Source of the DNA: a bacterium
Lineage (GTDB): Bacteria > Patescibacteriota > Minisyncoccia > Phycocordibacterales > JBBTRF01
Direction: 5' to 3'
Assembly (NCBI GenBank): GCA_037130265.1
Contig: JBAXTI010000001.1
Span: forward strand, 394,377-458,376
Length of the DNA stretch: 64,000 nt
Made by a program: the position numbers and the translations under genes. The notes below the pieces were generated by a model that saw only the letters and a program-made list of their open reading frames with translations, had not been told where the DNA came from and ran no database searches. Shown piece after piece: positions 10,277 to 20,004 of this stretch; the stretch's first letter is position 1, and each line of letters starts with the position of its first letter.

Positions 10277-10594
10277 TTACTTCAACGTCTCGATCTTCAC
10301 AGTCACAAACGGCTGTCGGTGACCATTCTTCTTGAAATATCGGCTCTTCTGCTTGTAGTGGATGACGTCGATCTTCTTTGCTCGGCCTTCTGAGGCGAGA
10401 GTTCCGGTAACCTTTGCATCAGCAATGAAAGGAGCACCTACGATAGTCTCTTTGCCATTGTCAGTAAGCAACACCTTGTCGAAAGTGACCTTGTCGCCCA
10501 CCTTTACGGCGTCGAGCTTCTCAATAGAAATAACGTCCCCGACAGAGACCTTGTACTGCTTACCGCCTGTTTGGATTACTGCAAATTCGTTCAT
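10277..10594 (-). CDS. rplU: 50S ribosomal protein L21
   Basis: FAVIQTGGKQYKVSVGDVISIEKL is the L21 N-terminus. Confidence 0.9.
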   Translation of the reverse strand: MNEFAVIQTGGKQYKVSVGDVISIEKLDAVKVGDKVTFDKVLLTDNGKETIVGAPFIADAKVTGTLASEGRAKKIDVIHYKQKSRYFKKNGHRQPFVTVKIETLK

Positions 10595-10805
10595 AGTCAC
10601 ACTATTCTACATAAAAGATAAAAAGATGCAAGCACCTAGCCATTCCCGGAAGGAATCGTGAACCTGTCAGAACGGCCAAAAGAATACAAAGACACAATAT
10701 TTGACTTCTGTACTTAAATATGCTATAAATCCGACCAGTCTCAGAAACTCCACTCAAAAAGTAAATCGCAGCAAACTGGAGCCAAATTGGCTCTTTGACA
10801 ACAAT

Positions 10806-11801
10806 ATGAAAAACAAACTGTCGGTGCTGGCGCTTTGCGCTAGCCTCCTCGTCGCAACACTCACCCTCTCGGCCACGGCCCAGACAGTGATCCAGGTCGT
10901 CCCTGCATCTGGACCCGCACTCGCCTCGCCCAACTCCTATGCCTGGCGCACCAATGCGGCGCGCTATCTGGAGACCGGCTTGCTCCCAGCGGGCAACCGC
11001 ACCAACGACCCGAGTATTTACAGCCCAAACACCAACGGCATGTTGGTGCCGGGAGAGAACGTGCAGTCCAGCACCACGCCATTGTGGCTGGATGTGATGA
11101 ACCCCACCGCCCCGAATCTTGCGGGCGAACGTGGCAACATCACCTACTTCGGCGTGAAGATCCGGAGCCAGCAGGCGTTTCGCCTCGCCGACCTCCGCTT
11201 CGTCTCGCGCAGCACGGACACGTTCCAAGGCATCGCGCAGAACAGCCTCGGGTTTACCCAGGCCTTCACGACGAATGCCTATAGTCTCAATACGATCGGA
11301 ATCTATTGGGGCGCTGACGGCATCAAGGGGACGGCAGATGACGTCCGCGTGATTGACGCCCCTGCGACGCAGCTCGTGAATGAGCTGTATTTCGTCGGTG
11401 CTGCCTCGTATTACGTGGCAAACACGCAAGCGGCGCTGGACAATGTGAAGGCTTACATCACGCAGCAGTCAACACCATTCAGCCTCATCGTCCGTTACGA
11501 GCTCCTCGACTCGCAAAATGCGGCGAACGTGCTCGCGACGGGGGTGAAGATGCTCTCGGTGTCGCCGACCACACCCGCCGCCCCCACGCTCGACAAGAGC
11601 ATCCAGGGCGGCGTGGCCACCGGCAGCTTCATTGCCGAAGCCAATCGAAACTACCTGCTTCAGAGAGCAGCGGCAGTCACTGGCCCCTGGAACAACTACA
11701 CTTCGTTGGCCCGGACCAACGCCGGCACGCTCTCAATGGTCTTACCGCCATCACAAGCTCCGCAGAAAATAGTCTTCTACCGGCTCGCAGTTGAGCCATA
11801 G
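10806..11801 (+). CDS. secreted hypothetical protein (signal peptide)
   Basis: MKNKLSVLALCASLLVATLTLSATAQ signal peptide; appears GC-rich (by eye); no motif recognised. Confidence 0.45.
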   Translation: MKNKLSVLALCASLLVATLTLSATAQTVIQVVPASGPALASPNSYAWRTNAARYLETGLLPAGNRTNDPSIYSPNTNGMLVPGENVQSSTTPLWLDVMNPTAPNLAGERGNITYFGVKIRSQQAFRLADLRFVSRSTDTFQGIAQNSLGFTQAFTTNAYSLNTIGIYWGADGIKGTADDVRVIDAPATQLVNELYFVGAASYYVANTQAALDNVKAYITQQSTPFSLIVRYELLDSQNAANVLATGVKMLSVSPTTPAAPTLDKSIQGGVATGSFIAEANRNYLLQRAAAVTGPWNNYTSLARTNAGTLSMVLPPSQAPQKIVFYRLAVEP

Positions 11802-11881
11802 AAAGCAGAAGGCTCAACCTTCCGTACACCGCCACTCACGGGCCCCGACTCACCATCGGGGCCTTTTTCTTTGGTAGAGTA

Positions 11882-11910
11882 TTGACATTTATACCTAAGT
11901 ATATTATAAT
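11882..11910 (+). promoter_or_regulatory. sigma70-type promoter TTGACA-17-TATAAT
   Basis: ttgacatttatacctaagtatattataat, about 16 nt upstream of the ATG at 11927. Confidence 0.6.
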
Positions 11911-11926
11911 ACACACCACTCAACCA

Positions 11927-13042
11927 ATGAACTCATTTATGCTAAAAATGCTCACCCCGGCCATAGCGACTGTTTTGGTCATGTCCACTCTCATCACTCC
12001 CGTCTTCGCAGACGTGACGGTGCCTGGTAGCGGCTCATCAGACGGTGGTAGTGCCACTGTACCGAGCGCAAGTTCTTCCGACGGCGGTGCCAGCGCAGCG
12101 ACAGTACCAAATAGTGGCAACGCAAACGGTGGCAGCGCAAGTGTGCCTGGATCTAGCTCAAGCAATGGCGGATCAAGTAGTGCATCAGTACCGACCAGCG
12201 ATTCAAGCAATGGCGGGTCCAGCGCAGCAACCGTCCCATCAAGCGAATCATCAAATGGCGGTGCAAACAGCGCGACTGTACCAGCATCTGGCAGTACAAA
12301 CGGCGGCAGCGGCGGCGCAGTCACACCAGTAGCGGGCACCACCAACGGCGGTAGCGGCGCGGGCGGTGGCTTGACCTTCATTCCAGAAGCGCCTGTTCGA
12401 AACAGTGGCGGTGGTGGTGGGGGTGGTGGAAACGGTCCTGTGAGCGGCACAAACTTCAGTGCTGCTACGAGCGCAACAAGCACCAACTCAATCCGACCTT
12501 GCGCCCCACTCCTCACTGTATATTTTTCTCCCCTCATTTCCAATACTGCAGCCGACATTCTCAAGCTTCAGGCTTTTTTGAAAGACACTGCAAAATTTAA
12601 CGTGGTTCCAACCGGCATCTACGACACACAGACCATCTCAGCAGTCGCTGCCTTCCAGGTGAAATACGCCAACGAAGTCCTCACCCCTTGGGGCGTGACC
12701 AACCCATCAGGAAATGTGTACATCAGCACTCGCAAAAAGATCAATTCGATCGCTTGCAACAATGCGCCAATCACCTACACAGCAGACGAACTCGCAACAT
12801 TCCAGGGATTTAAGGTTCAACGCACCAATCCAACTCTAAACACTCCAGTGACCTCAGCAACACCTTCTGTACCGACTACCGGCGTCTCCCCAGTGTCTGC
12901 TACCACCTCTACACCAGCAACTACAAATGAACCTATCTTTGGCACGAACACCGCAACCAACAACACCGCCTCAGTACTGAACGCAATCTCAGACCGCGTG
13001 AACGGCTTCTTCTCAAGAATCTATCACTTCTTCGTAAAATAA
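11927..13042 (+). CDS. secreted repeat protein with C-terminal peptidoglycan-binding-like domain
   Basis: Signal peptide MLTPAIATVLVMSTLITPVFA; ~7 tandem ~13-aa units (ATVPSSESSNGGS-like); Gly10 run; LQAFLKDTAKFNVVPTGIYDTQTISAVAAFQ resembles a PG_binding_1 domain. Confidence 0.55.
   Translation: MNSFMLKMLTPAIATVLVMSTLITPVFADVTVPGSGSSDGGSATVPSASSSDGGASAATVPNSGNANGGSASVPGSSSSNGGSSSASVPTSDSSNGGSSAATVPSSESSNGGANSATVPASGSTNGGSGGAVTPVAGTTNGGSGAGGGLTFIPEAPVRNSGGGGGGGGNGPVSGTNFSAATSATSTNSIRPCAPLLTVYFSPLISNTAADILKLQAFLKDTAKFNVVPTGIYDTQTISAVAAFQVKYANEVLTPWGVTNPSGNVYISTRKKINSIACNNAPITYTADELATFQGFKVQRTNPTLNTPVTSATPSVPTTGVSPVSATTSTPATTNEPIFGTNTATNNTASVLNAISDRVNGFFSRIYHFFVK
12040..12330 (+). repeat. in-frame tandem ~39-bp coding repeats (Ser/Gly/Asn-rich)
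   Basis: Repeated ...gtaccN..agc...aatggcgg(t/a)... units read in DNA and peptide. Confidence 0.6.
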
Positions 13043-13271
13043 AGACCTCGCGCGCGGTCTGTGGGTTACAGATGATCGCGAACGAGGCTTGAGCGGATTC
13101 CTACATTTAGTTGGCTGACTAGGTGGGTTATGCCTAACGCACCTCGATCAGATAGGCTTTCTTCAACGGTGGGATTTTTGAGGCGGGACACGGCAGCCTC
13201 GGATCTGATTTCTACCTCCTGCTAATCCTTTTGGAATCCTACTAACTACTGAAGAATTAGTTCGATTGATA

Positions 13272-14387
13272 CTATACCTCATCACCATCTGGTTTGTCGA
13301 GCACCAACGCTTCGATACCTACAGACGCGCCGGTAATACGCATCACATCTTTGTCGATCTTTTTGAATTCCTTGCCCGCGTTATTGAAATGATTCACGAC
13401 GGTCGTGAGCGAATTGCCGAGCTTGCCGTGGTACTCCTCATACGTCTTCAAATGCTTGCCGAGCTCAGACACGCGCTTCACGATATCTTTCGCCTGCTCC
13501 TCGATCTGCATCGCTTTTAGGCCTTGCAGTACGGTCTGCAAATACGCCAGGAAAGACGTCGGTGAGACAATAATCACTTTGTACTTCCCTGCTGCACGCT
13601 GAATAAGATTTTCGTCGCCATCGGTACCGCCATTACCACTACCAATCGTGTTGATAAGGAGGTCATAATAGATCGCCTCATGCGGAATAAACATAAAGGC
13701 AAAATCCATCGTCCCCTCATTTGGCCGGATGTATTTCGACGTTTCCTGAATACGCAATTTCAAATCGTTCTCGAATACTTTCTTCAGTCGGTCCTTTTCG
13801 GCAGCATCGCGCGTCTCCACCATGCGGTTGTAGTTTTCGAGGGAAAACTTTGAGTCAATTGGGATCACCTTGTCTTTCACAAACACCGCAGCGTCCACGA
13901 TTTCGCCGTTTGCAAAGGCGTACTGCATCTGATACTGGCCGGGAGGCAAAACGTTTTTAAGCAAGGTCTCCAAATAATATTCGCCAAGGATACCGCGCTG
14001 TTTTGGATTTTTCAAAATATCCTGCAAACCCTGGAGCTGGTCCGCAAATCCGACCACCTGCCGGTTCGTCTCATCGAGCTTGGTGAGACCTTGCGTGACT
14101 TCCTTGATCAATTTGGCAGACTCACCAAATTGATTGCGGATTGAATCGTTCATATGCCGTGCGTTTTCATTCATCTTCGAATCCACCGTGCGATTGAGCT
14201 CGGTGACCTTTGTGTCCACCACTCGCGAGAGTTCGTTCATTTGTTGGAGAATGAGCTTTAGGCCTGTATCTTCCTTTGGCTCGACAACTTCTTCCTTCCC
14301 CTTGAGCATCTTCCACAACAAGAACGCGTTCCCAGCGAGAGCGATGACACCCATTACGGCGAGTGTATAGATCAGTGTTTGCGACAT
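13272..14387 (-). CDS. rmuC: DNA recombination protein RmuC
   Basis: N-terminal TM, long coiled-coil, and the RmuC C-domain (FAFMFIPHEAIYYDL, KYKVIIVSPTSFLAYLQTV). Confidence 0.8.
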   Translation of the reverse strand: MSQTLIYTLAVMGVIALAGNAFLLWKMLKGKEEVVEPKEDTGLKLILQQMNELSRVVDTKVTELNRTVDSKMNENARHMNDSIRNQFGESAKLIKEVTQGLTKLDETNRQVVGFADQLQGLQDILKNPKQRGILGEYYLETLLKNVLPPGQYQMQYAFANGEIVDAAVFVKDKVIPIDSKFSLENYNRMVETRDAAEKDRLKKVFENDLKLRIQETSKYIRPNEGTMDFAFMFIPHEAIYYDLLINTIGSGNGGTDGDENLIQRAAGKYKVIIVSPTSFLAYLQTVLQGLKAMQIEEQAKDIVKRVSELGKHLKTYEEYHGKLGNSLTTVVNHFNNAGKEFKKIDKDVMRITGASVGIEALVLDKPDGDEV

Positions 14388-14466
14388 ACGAATAGTATAT
14401 CAAATATTGGCCCAAAATCGGAAGGATATTCCCCATTTTCGCGAAGGACGGTATACTGAAGCCACT

Positions 14467-14919
14467 ATGTTAATACACGAAACCATTCAGACGAAGATAA
14501 AGGAGGCGATGATCAAGAAAGACACGGTGCGACTCTCAGTGCTTCGCGGACTGCTTGCTTCATTCATGAACGAGCTCGTGGCGAAGAAAATTACCACTCC
14601 ACATCTCTCGGACGATGATGTCATAGCACTCATCAAGCGGGCAGTGAAGCAGCGCAAGGATTCCATCGAGCAATTCGGCAAGGGTGGCCGCCAGGACCTC
14701 GTAGATGCAGAGAAAGCCGAACTCGTTATACTCGAAGCCTTTCTCCCCCAGATGATGTCCTACGAAGAAGTGTTAAAGATCGCCAAGGTCCGCCAGGCGG
14801 AACTCGGCATGAAAGACAAGACCGCAGTCGGCAAATTTACCGGAATGCTCATGAAAGAATTCAAAGGCAAAGCCGACGGTATGGTAGTGAAGGACGCTGT
14901 GGAGAGCTTGTTTAAGTAG
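14467..14919 (+). CDS. GatB/YqeY domain protein
   Basis: IKEAMIKKD..RLSVLRGLLA........DDDVIALIKRAVKQRKDSIEQF is the YqeY signature. Confidence 0.75.
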   Translation: MLIHETIQTKIKEAMIKKDTVRLSVLRGLLASFMNELVAKKITTPHLSDDDVIALIKRAVKQRKDSIEQFGKGGRQDLVDAEKAELVILEAFLPQMMSYEEVLKIAKVRQAELGMKDKTAVGKFTGMLMKEFKGKADGMVVKDAVESLFK

Positions 14920-14944
14920 TCCCTAGAATTAAGAAAACGCTCCA

Positions 14945-15286
14945 ATGTCATTCGAACAAATTCCCCTCTTCGAAGAAAGTAGAGAATCCGGAAAGACGGT
15001 GTTGATCGAGACGGCAGCAGAAAAAAAGGCGCGACTAGCCGCTGAGGCAAAGGCTGCCTTTGCTCGTATCCAAGAAGTGGTAAAGAATAGCCCATCATGG
15101 GAAGAATTGAAAAGGAGCGGACATGTGGATGACGGCCGCCTTCGTCACACACGAAAGTTACGTAGCGGAAGCGAGAGTGTCGGGGAGACCAAAGAAGGAT
15201 GGATGAAGGGACACGAAGCTCGACAGGACGAACGCGCCGAGCAGTTTAGCCCCGAAGCCGATCGCCCAGAATTGACAGAGAGATAA
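14945..15286 (+). CDS. hypothetical charged small protein
   Basis: ORF only. Confidence 0.3.
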   Translation: MSFEQIPLFEESRESGKTVLIETAAEKKARLAAEAKAAFARIQEVVKNSPSWEELKRSGHVDDGRLRHTRKLRSGSESVGETKEGWMKGHEARQDERAEQFSPEADRPELTER

Positions 15287-15330
15287 GTCACTGAACCCTA
15301 ACGCGGACAAAGAATGCTCTCGGTAGGTTC

Positions 15331-17679
15331 CTACTGTATTTCCTGCCAACTATTGATCTGATATCCACCCGACGGTCCGGAAGTGAAGAGGACGTCCGCC
15401 AGACCGGATTCGTAGGTTACCGATGCGCTATTCTTGAGTCGAAGCTTCCAACCTGTTGCCTCCTTTAAACTGGTGCTGTTTTGAATTTCAATCAAACCAT
15501 AGGGAGCATACACCAACAATTTTCCATTGATCGAATTTGAGACCTCGATCGCGGTAGTTCCACCACCCGTCGAAGCGCTCGTGTTGCGGGAAACGAGCAT
15601 CACGTATGAACTATTACCTGAACCAAGAAATGTCGAGGAGTTGGAAAGGGTCACAGTGCTGCCCGTACTTCGATTTGTCGGACTGTCGGCAATGATCGCT
15701 GCGGTGCGTCCAGAGATCGAAGGGCTGATATTGACCGTAGCACTATTCGATATACTCACGTTACCTTTGACCCACACCATACCAGTCAAATAGAGCACTC
15801 CGCTGTTACTTAATTCAAGGTCACAATTGATTTTAATCGGACCAAGCGTAACCGTAGACGTGATCTTGTACGGGCAGGGTGTCGTGATGACCCCTCCCGC
15901 GGCAGCGTCTGCCTCCCACTGATCGAGCGTCGAATCAGAAATGGGCATACTCGAAGTCGCCTGATTGGCGCTCCCTGGATAGGACACTCCACCGACACTC
16001 GAACCTGTAATGGTCTGATAGTATGCATCTTTCGTGACAACAGAATTGGTGATCGTTTTCGCATACATCGAACCGGCAGAACCAGCAGAATTAATCTGGG
16101 TGACACTGCCAGTCGGGCCCGCAGATACCACGGTGCCAGTGATCGTGTTGCCACCAGAGCCGCCAGCACCATACGATTGAAAAGCACTTGAGGCGTTGTT
16201 AGCAGCACTCAGGAGGAAAACTCCGCCGTTCTTCACCTTCACCGTATTTGGGCCGCCATTGGTACCAGAAATATTCGTTGTGGAGACCTTGGTCGGTGCT
16301 GCCGGTGTCGCGAGACTCCACACATCAAGAGATTTTTGGCTCGTATTATGGGTGTTGTACACGCCGATATAGAGATAGCCTGAGGCGCCGTCAACAGATT
16401 GCGGCTCATTGACGCTGTTGGCTGCTGTCGAATATACAACCGTCGGGACGGCTGGATTAGCTAGATTTACTACGTAGATGCCACCCAAAATATATGACAT
16501 GACGTACATGTACTGCCCCGCGATGTACGGCGGATACGTGTGGCTGTACATCGTATTTGCCGGCATGACGCCGACATAGGTCGGAGCGGCCGGGTTGCCG
16601 AGGGTATACGCATAGATGCTGCCATAGTTGCCATTTAAGTCGTGGCCAATGTACAGGTAGTTGCCGCTGATCGCAACCCAAACTGGATTGGCCACAGTAT
16701 TGATGGTGCCAACGACAGCGGCTTGCGTTGGATTGGAAACGTTTACAACCTTCGTTGTTGTGGTATTGAACAATGGAATGTACATATACCCATTGGCGAT
16801 GCGAGCATTCTTCGCCGCGCCACCAATTGGCAGCTGCATTACGAGGGATGGACTGGTTGGGGATGTGATGTTGTAAATATCGAGATTGTTAGAGTTCAGT
16901 GAGGTGATGTACAAATAATTACCTGATGTGATAAGTGTGTTGTGATACGGATTCGAAGTATAATTTGTCGTAACAGACCCTATCACCGTCGGCGTCGCCA
17001 CATTATTGAGATCCACGATCTGAAAGCTATTCGAGCTCAACACGTACGCGTACCGGCCGTCCGCAGAAAGATCAAAGCCGACAGCGCCACCCAGGGCGGC
17101 ACTTGAGACTGTCGCGGAACCAGAAAGACCCGGATTGGAAGCATTGCCAGTGTTCACTGAAGCACTGCCGGTGACCGGACCATTTGAATAGACGTTCCCA
17201 AGGATGGATGAGGTGTTTTGCATCTCAATTCCCCCTTCCCCAGCCTGTACACCGTAGTTGAAAGCGGTTCCGCTACCAGTGATGACGTACGAATTCACTT
17301 TCTTAATATAACTGTCGCGGTCGCCAGTGCTAGTGACCTGCTTGCCACCCGAAACATCCACGATGGTGGTTGAGGCCGTGTACCCGTTGAGCGTGAGGTT
17401 TTCGGTTGGACTCACTGTCATGCCGTTTTGTAGACGATACAACACATCCTCGTGGAGCGCCTCGGCGACAGCATAGCTTTCGCGTGACTTTATGACATTT
17501 TGGCTTCCCTGAAGATCCCGAAGCGTGGTCTGCGAAACACCAGTAAGGATAGCTAGGCCAATGCCGAGGAAAAAGATGACCGAAGCGATCATCACTTGCC
17601 CAGACTGCATTTGCACTCGATGGTTTCGTACTTTTTTAGATGTGAATTTCATAAGAGAGCAGATTGCTATAATCATCAC
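15331..17679 (-). CDS. large LVIVD-repeat beta-propeller protein with N-terminal pilin-like TM segment (pilus-associated)
   Basis: QSGQVMIASVIFFLGIGLAIL N-terminus; repeated YxYV/LYI..SxNxLxIxD(L)-type LVIVD units; ATGA start/stop overlap with the upstream pilin gene. Confidence 0.55.
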   Translation of the reverse strand: MMIIAICSLMKFTSKKVRNHRVQMQSGQVMIASVIFFLGIGLAILTGVSQTTLRDLQGSQNVIKSRESYAVAEALHEDVLYRLQNGMTVSPTENLTLNGYTASTTIVDVSGGKQVTSTGDRDSYIKKVNSYVITGSGTAFNYGVQAGEGGIEMQNTSSILGNVYSNGPVTGSASVNTGNASNPGLSGSATVSSAALGGAVGFDLSADGRYAYVLSSNSFQIVDLNNVATPTVIGSVTTNYTSNPYHNTLITSGNYLYITSLNSNNLDIYNITSPTSPSLVMQLPIGGAAKNARIANGYMYIPLFNTTTTKVVNVSNPTQAAVVGTINTVANPVWVAISGNYLYIGHDLNGNYGSIYAYTLGNPAAPTYVGVMPANTMYSHTYPPYIAGQYMYVMSYILGGIYVVNLANPAVPTVVYSTAANSVNEPQSVDGASGYLYIGVYNTHNTSQKSLDVWSLATPAAPTKVSTTNISGTNGGPNTVKVKNGGVFLLSAANNASSAFQSYGAGGSGGNTITGTVVSAGPTGSVTQINSAGSAGSMYAKTITNSVVTKDAYYQTITGSSVGGVSYPGSANQATSSMPISDSTLDQWEADAAAGGVITTPCPYKITSTVTLGPIKINCDLELSNSGVLYLTGMVWVKGNVSISNSATVNISPSISGRTAAIIADSPTNRSTGSTVTLSNSSTFLGSGNSSYVMLVSRNTSASTGGGTTAIEVSNSINGKLLVYAPYGLIEIQNSTSLKEATGWKLRLKNSASVTYESGLADVLFTSGPSGGYQINSWQEIQ

Positions 17680-18203
17680 ATATTCCGCGTGACGGCGGTA
17701 GTGTAAAACGTTTCGGTCCGAGTCTTCACGCCAAAGCTACTTTGTACCGTGAGTGTAATGCGGATCGCATTGGAAATACTGTTCTGAAGCAACACGAGGG
17801 TGAAGTTGGTCACCGATGCCCCAGAAAGCGTCAATGGGCCTTCGTCTACCCCGCCACGACTCACGCGCAGAATTCCATTGTTGACAGAAAAAGCTACCGT
17901 GGTGGTCGCCCCGCTCGCACTCGTACTCACCAAGCTGAGTACGCCAGGATTCGACCCAAAAGTGCTCCCACCGATATTAATCGAGCTCGCCTGACGCACT
18001 TCGTATACGATACGCTGCAAAGCTCCGCTTGCCGAAGCTGAAACAGCCTTCGCGAGACGAATGTCAGCATAGCTTTTCGTGAGTGCGGAGATGCCATTAA
18101 CCAAAAAAACGGTGACACTCGAAAGGAGTGCTAGGTAGATGATCATTTCCACAAGCGAGAAGCCTTGTGTGGTCTGCCGAAATTGTGGAAGTTTAGTTGC
18201 CAT
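17676..18203 (-). CDS. type IV pilin-like protein (prepilin N-terminal motif)
   Basis: ...TTQGFSLVEMIIYLALLSSV (G|FSLVEM) class III signal motif; start taken at the internal Met. Confidence 0.6.
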   Translation of the reverse strand: MATKLPQFRQTTQGFSLVEMIIYLALLSSVTVFLVNGISALTKSYADIRLAKAVSASASGALQRIVYEVRQASSINIGGSTFGSNPGVLSLVSTSASGATTTVAFSVNNGILRVSRGGVDEGPLTLSGASVTNFTLVLLQNSISNAIRITLTVQSSFGVKTRTETFYTTAVTRNM

Positions 18204-18708
18204 ACAAATTGGTGATGTAGCTAGAAATCTGCTTCGTGGTGGTCGAAAGTGCAGTGTTGTCGTCCGGCCACGCCACAGCCACGGTGAAACCACGCGTATT
18301 TGGGTCGAGTGTGCCAGAAGCGGCGATGCGATTGTTGCTATCGCGATACACCGAAGTAAGTACGACCGTGCGTGCATAGCGAGTATCGATCATTTGCGGA
18401 GTCGTTGTGAATTGCCACGCTGAACCAGTCCAATCCAAATACTGCGTTGTACTTGCCGTGACTGGCGCGATACGCGTAGACCAACTCGTGTCGCGGAGCA
18501 GGCGTACCACTTCCAAGCCCTCCTCCATCAAGAATGCTGCCTTCACCGCTTTCACATTGTTTAACTCTGCTCGCAAATAAGCGGTATAAACGTTAAAAAT
18601 GGAAACAGAGGTAATTGCAATTATTGCTACAGCGACGAGTACTTCCACGAGGCCAAAGCCAGTGTTTTGATTCCGAGTGGTTTTCATTTGTGCAGTTCCC
18701 TTCTTCAT
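18193..18708 (-). CDS. type IV pilin-like protein
   Basis: MKKGTAQMKTTRNQNTG|FGLVEVLVAVAIIAI prepilin leader and hydrophobic helix. Confidence 0.6.
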   Translation of the reverse strand: MKKGTAQMKTTRNQNTGFGLVEVLVAVAIIAITSVSIFNVYTAYLRAELNNVKAVKAAFLMEEGLEVVRLLRDTSWSTRIAPVTASTTQYLDWTGSAWQFTTTPQMIDTRYARTVVLTSVYRDSNNRIAASGTLDPNTRGFTVAVAWPDDNTALSTTTKQISSYITNLYGN

Positions 18709-18709
18709 A

Positions 18710-19168
18710 TTATTGCGCCTCGGCGATACCCGTCGCATACACAGTGACGGTTCGATAGCTCGTCGGTGTACCGGTGATGATCACGCGGAAAGTGCCGCTC
18801 TGAGTGGTGGTGCCGGTGAGTTTGCTAAAGAGTACATCTGACCCTGCTCCATTGAGTGAAATGTTCGAGATGGACAAGCGCGGATCGAGAACAAACGGCT
18901 TGTTTGTACTTGCCCCCGCATTGTATGTGGATCCAACAAACAATACCGGGCCAGCAGAGAGGAGCCGTACACTGTAGGCCACCGCATCTTTCGCTGACAC
19001 CGTGAGCGAACGCGCCTGCGCAAGTACCGCCACCACCGCATCTGTACTTTTGTCGAGTGACTGACGAGCAGTTACCGTACTAAAAGACACCGTTGCTAAA
19101 GCTGCGATCATAGCAACAATGGCCACGACAACGAGCATCTCCACGAGAGTGAGACCAGCGTGCTTCAT
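18710..19168 (-). CDS. type IV pilin-like protein
   Basis: MKHAG|LTLVEMLVVVAIVAMIAA canonical prepilin cleavage/methylation motif. Confidence 0.7.
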   Translation of the reverse strand: MKHAGLTLVEMLVVVAIVAMIAALATVSFSTVTARQSLDKSTDAVVAVLAQARSLTVSAKDAVAYSVRLLSAGPVLFVGSTYNAGASTNKPFVLDPRLSISNISLNGAGSDVLFSKLTGTTTQSGTFRVIITGTPTSYRTVTVYATGIAEAQ

Positions 19169-19240
19169 TCATCTATTGTATCGGAGTTTTGACTCATTTC
19201 GCAGGGAAAGTGGGGACAAAGCCTGGATTCAAACCCCGCC

Positions 19241-19615
19241 CTACTTGAACCACGTCTTCAGCCATCCCTGCATCATTTCGATCTCACCTGTCTGAGCGGC
19301 CACAATATCATTCCCCAACTTCACCAACTCCGGTCGTTTTGTGCCCTTCAAAAGAGTTTGTGCCATCTCTACCGCACCCTCATGATGCACGATCATTTCC
19401 TCAAGGAAAGACTTCTCGAGATCCGCACCCGTCTTCCCTGCCAAGCCACTCATCATACCGCCCATGGCGCCATGCATATCTTTTCGATAGTCACTACCAC
19501 CGACAGTATTGGTAGACATCACATTTGGATACACCGAACCACGTAGACCGTATCCGAGAATTAGGCCCACAAGCAACATACAGAGACCAACGAGAACCGG
19601 ATTTTGATTTTGCAT
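19241..19615 (-). CDS. DUF305 family protein
   Basis: FLEEMIVHHEGAVEMAQ...PEL..L...I...Q..EIEMMQGWL. Confidence 0.65.
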   Translation of the reverse strand: MQNQNPVLVGLCMLLVGLILGYGLRGSVYPNVMSTNTVGGSDYRKDMHGAMGGMMSGLAGKTGADLEKSFLEEMIVHHEGAVEMAQTLLKGTKRPELVKLGNDIVAAQTGEIEMMQGWLKTWFK

Positions 19616-19704
19616 AGGAATGAGTTGATTAGCTATTACGGGTCAATTATATCACTTCTCAGCAAATCAAAAGCTGATGCCTGCATGCTTACAAACATTC
19701 CACA

Positions 19705-19740
19705 CTTTGTATTGACATTGCATATACAAAGGAATATGCT
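19705..19740 (+). promoter_or_regulatory. promoter (TTGACA...TATGCT) embedded in 8-bp inverted repeat ctttgtat/atacaaag; putative antitoxin operator
   Basis: ctttgtattgacattgcatatacaaaggaatatgct immediately upstream of dinJ. Confidence 0.5.
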
Positions 19741-19746
19741 TGCTCT

Positions 19747-19998
19747 ATGAACACCGTGATCAGTATTCGGACTCAAAAAAGTGTCAGGGATGAGGCACGT
19801 AAAGTCTTCTCGAAGATTGGCCTTTCGACTTCTGCCGGCATCAACCTTTTTCTGCACCAAGTGGCTGTTGAGAAGGGTCTTCCCTTCACTCCCACCTATG
19901 ACACGGCGAAGATCCGTCAACGTTGGGACAACCAAGTGAATCGTGCAGTCAGGCACAAGAAATACTCGACCGCGAAGGAAGCACTCGCGGACCTATAA
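19747..19998 (+). CDS. dinJ: RelB/DinJ-family antitoxin
   Basis: ISIRTQKSVRDEARKVFSKIGLSTSAGINLFLHQVAVEKGLPF matches the DinJ fold; 7-bp gap to the toxin gene. Confidence 0.75.
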   Translation: MNTVISIRTQKSVRDEARKVFSKIGLSTSAGINLFLHQVAVEKGLPFTPTYDTAKIRQRWDNQVNRAVRHKKYSTAKEALADL

Positions 19999-20004
19999 CA
20001 AGCG

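Noticed and set aside
11920-12564. 214-aa Pro-rich minus-strand ORF
   Set aside because: It is the mirror translation of the Ser/Gly/Asn tandem repeats of the plus-strand secreted protein, which has the signal peptide and the promoter.
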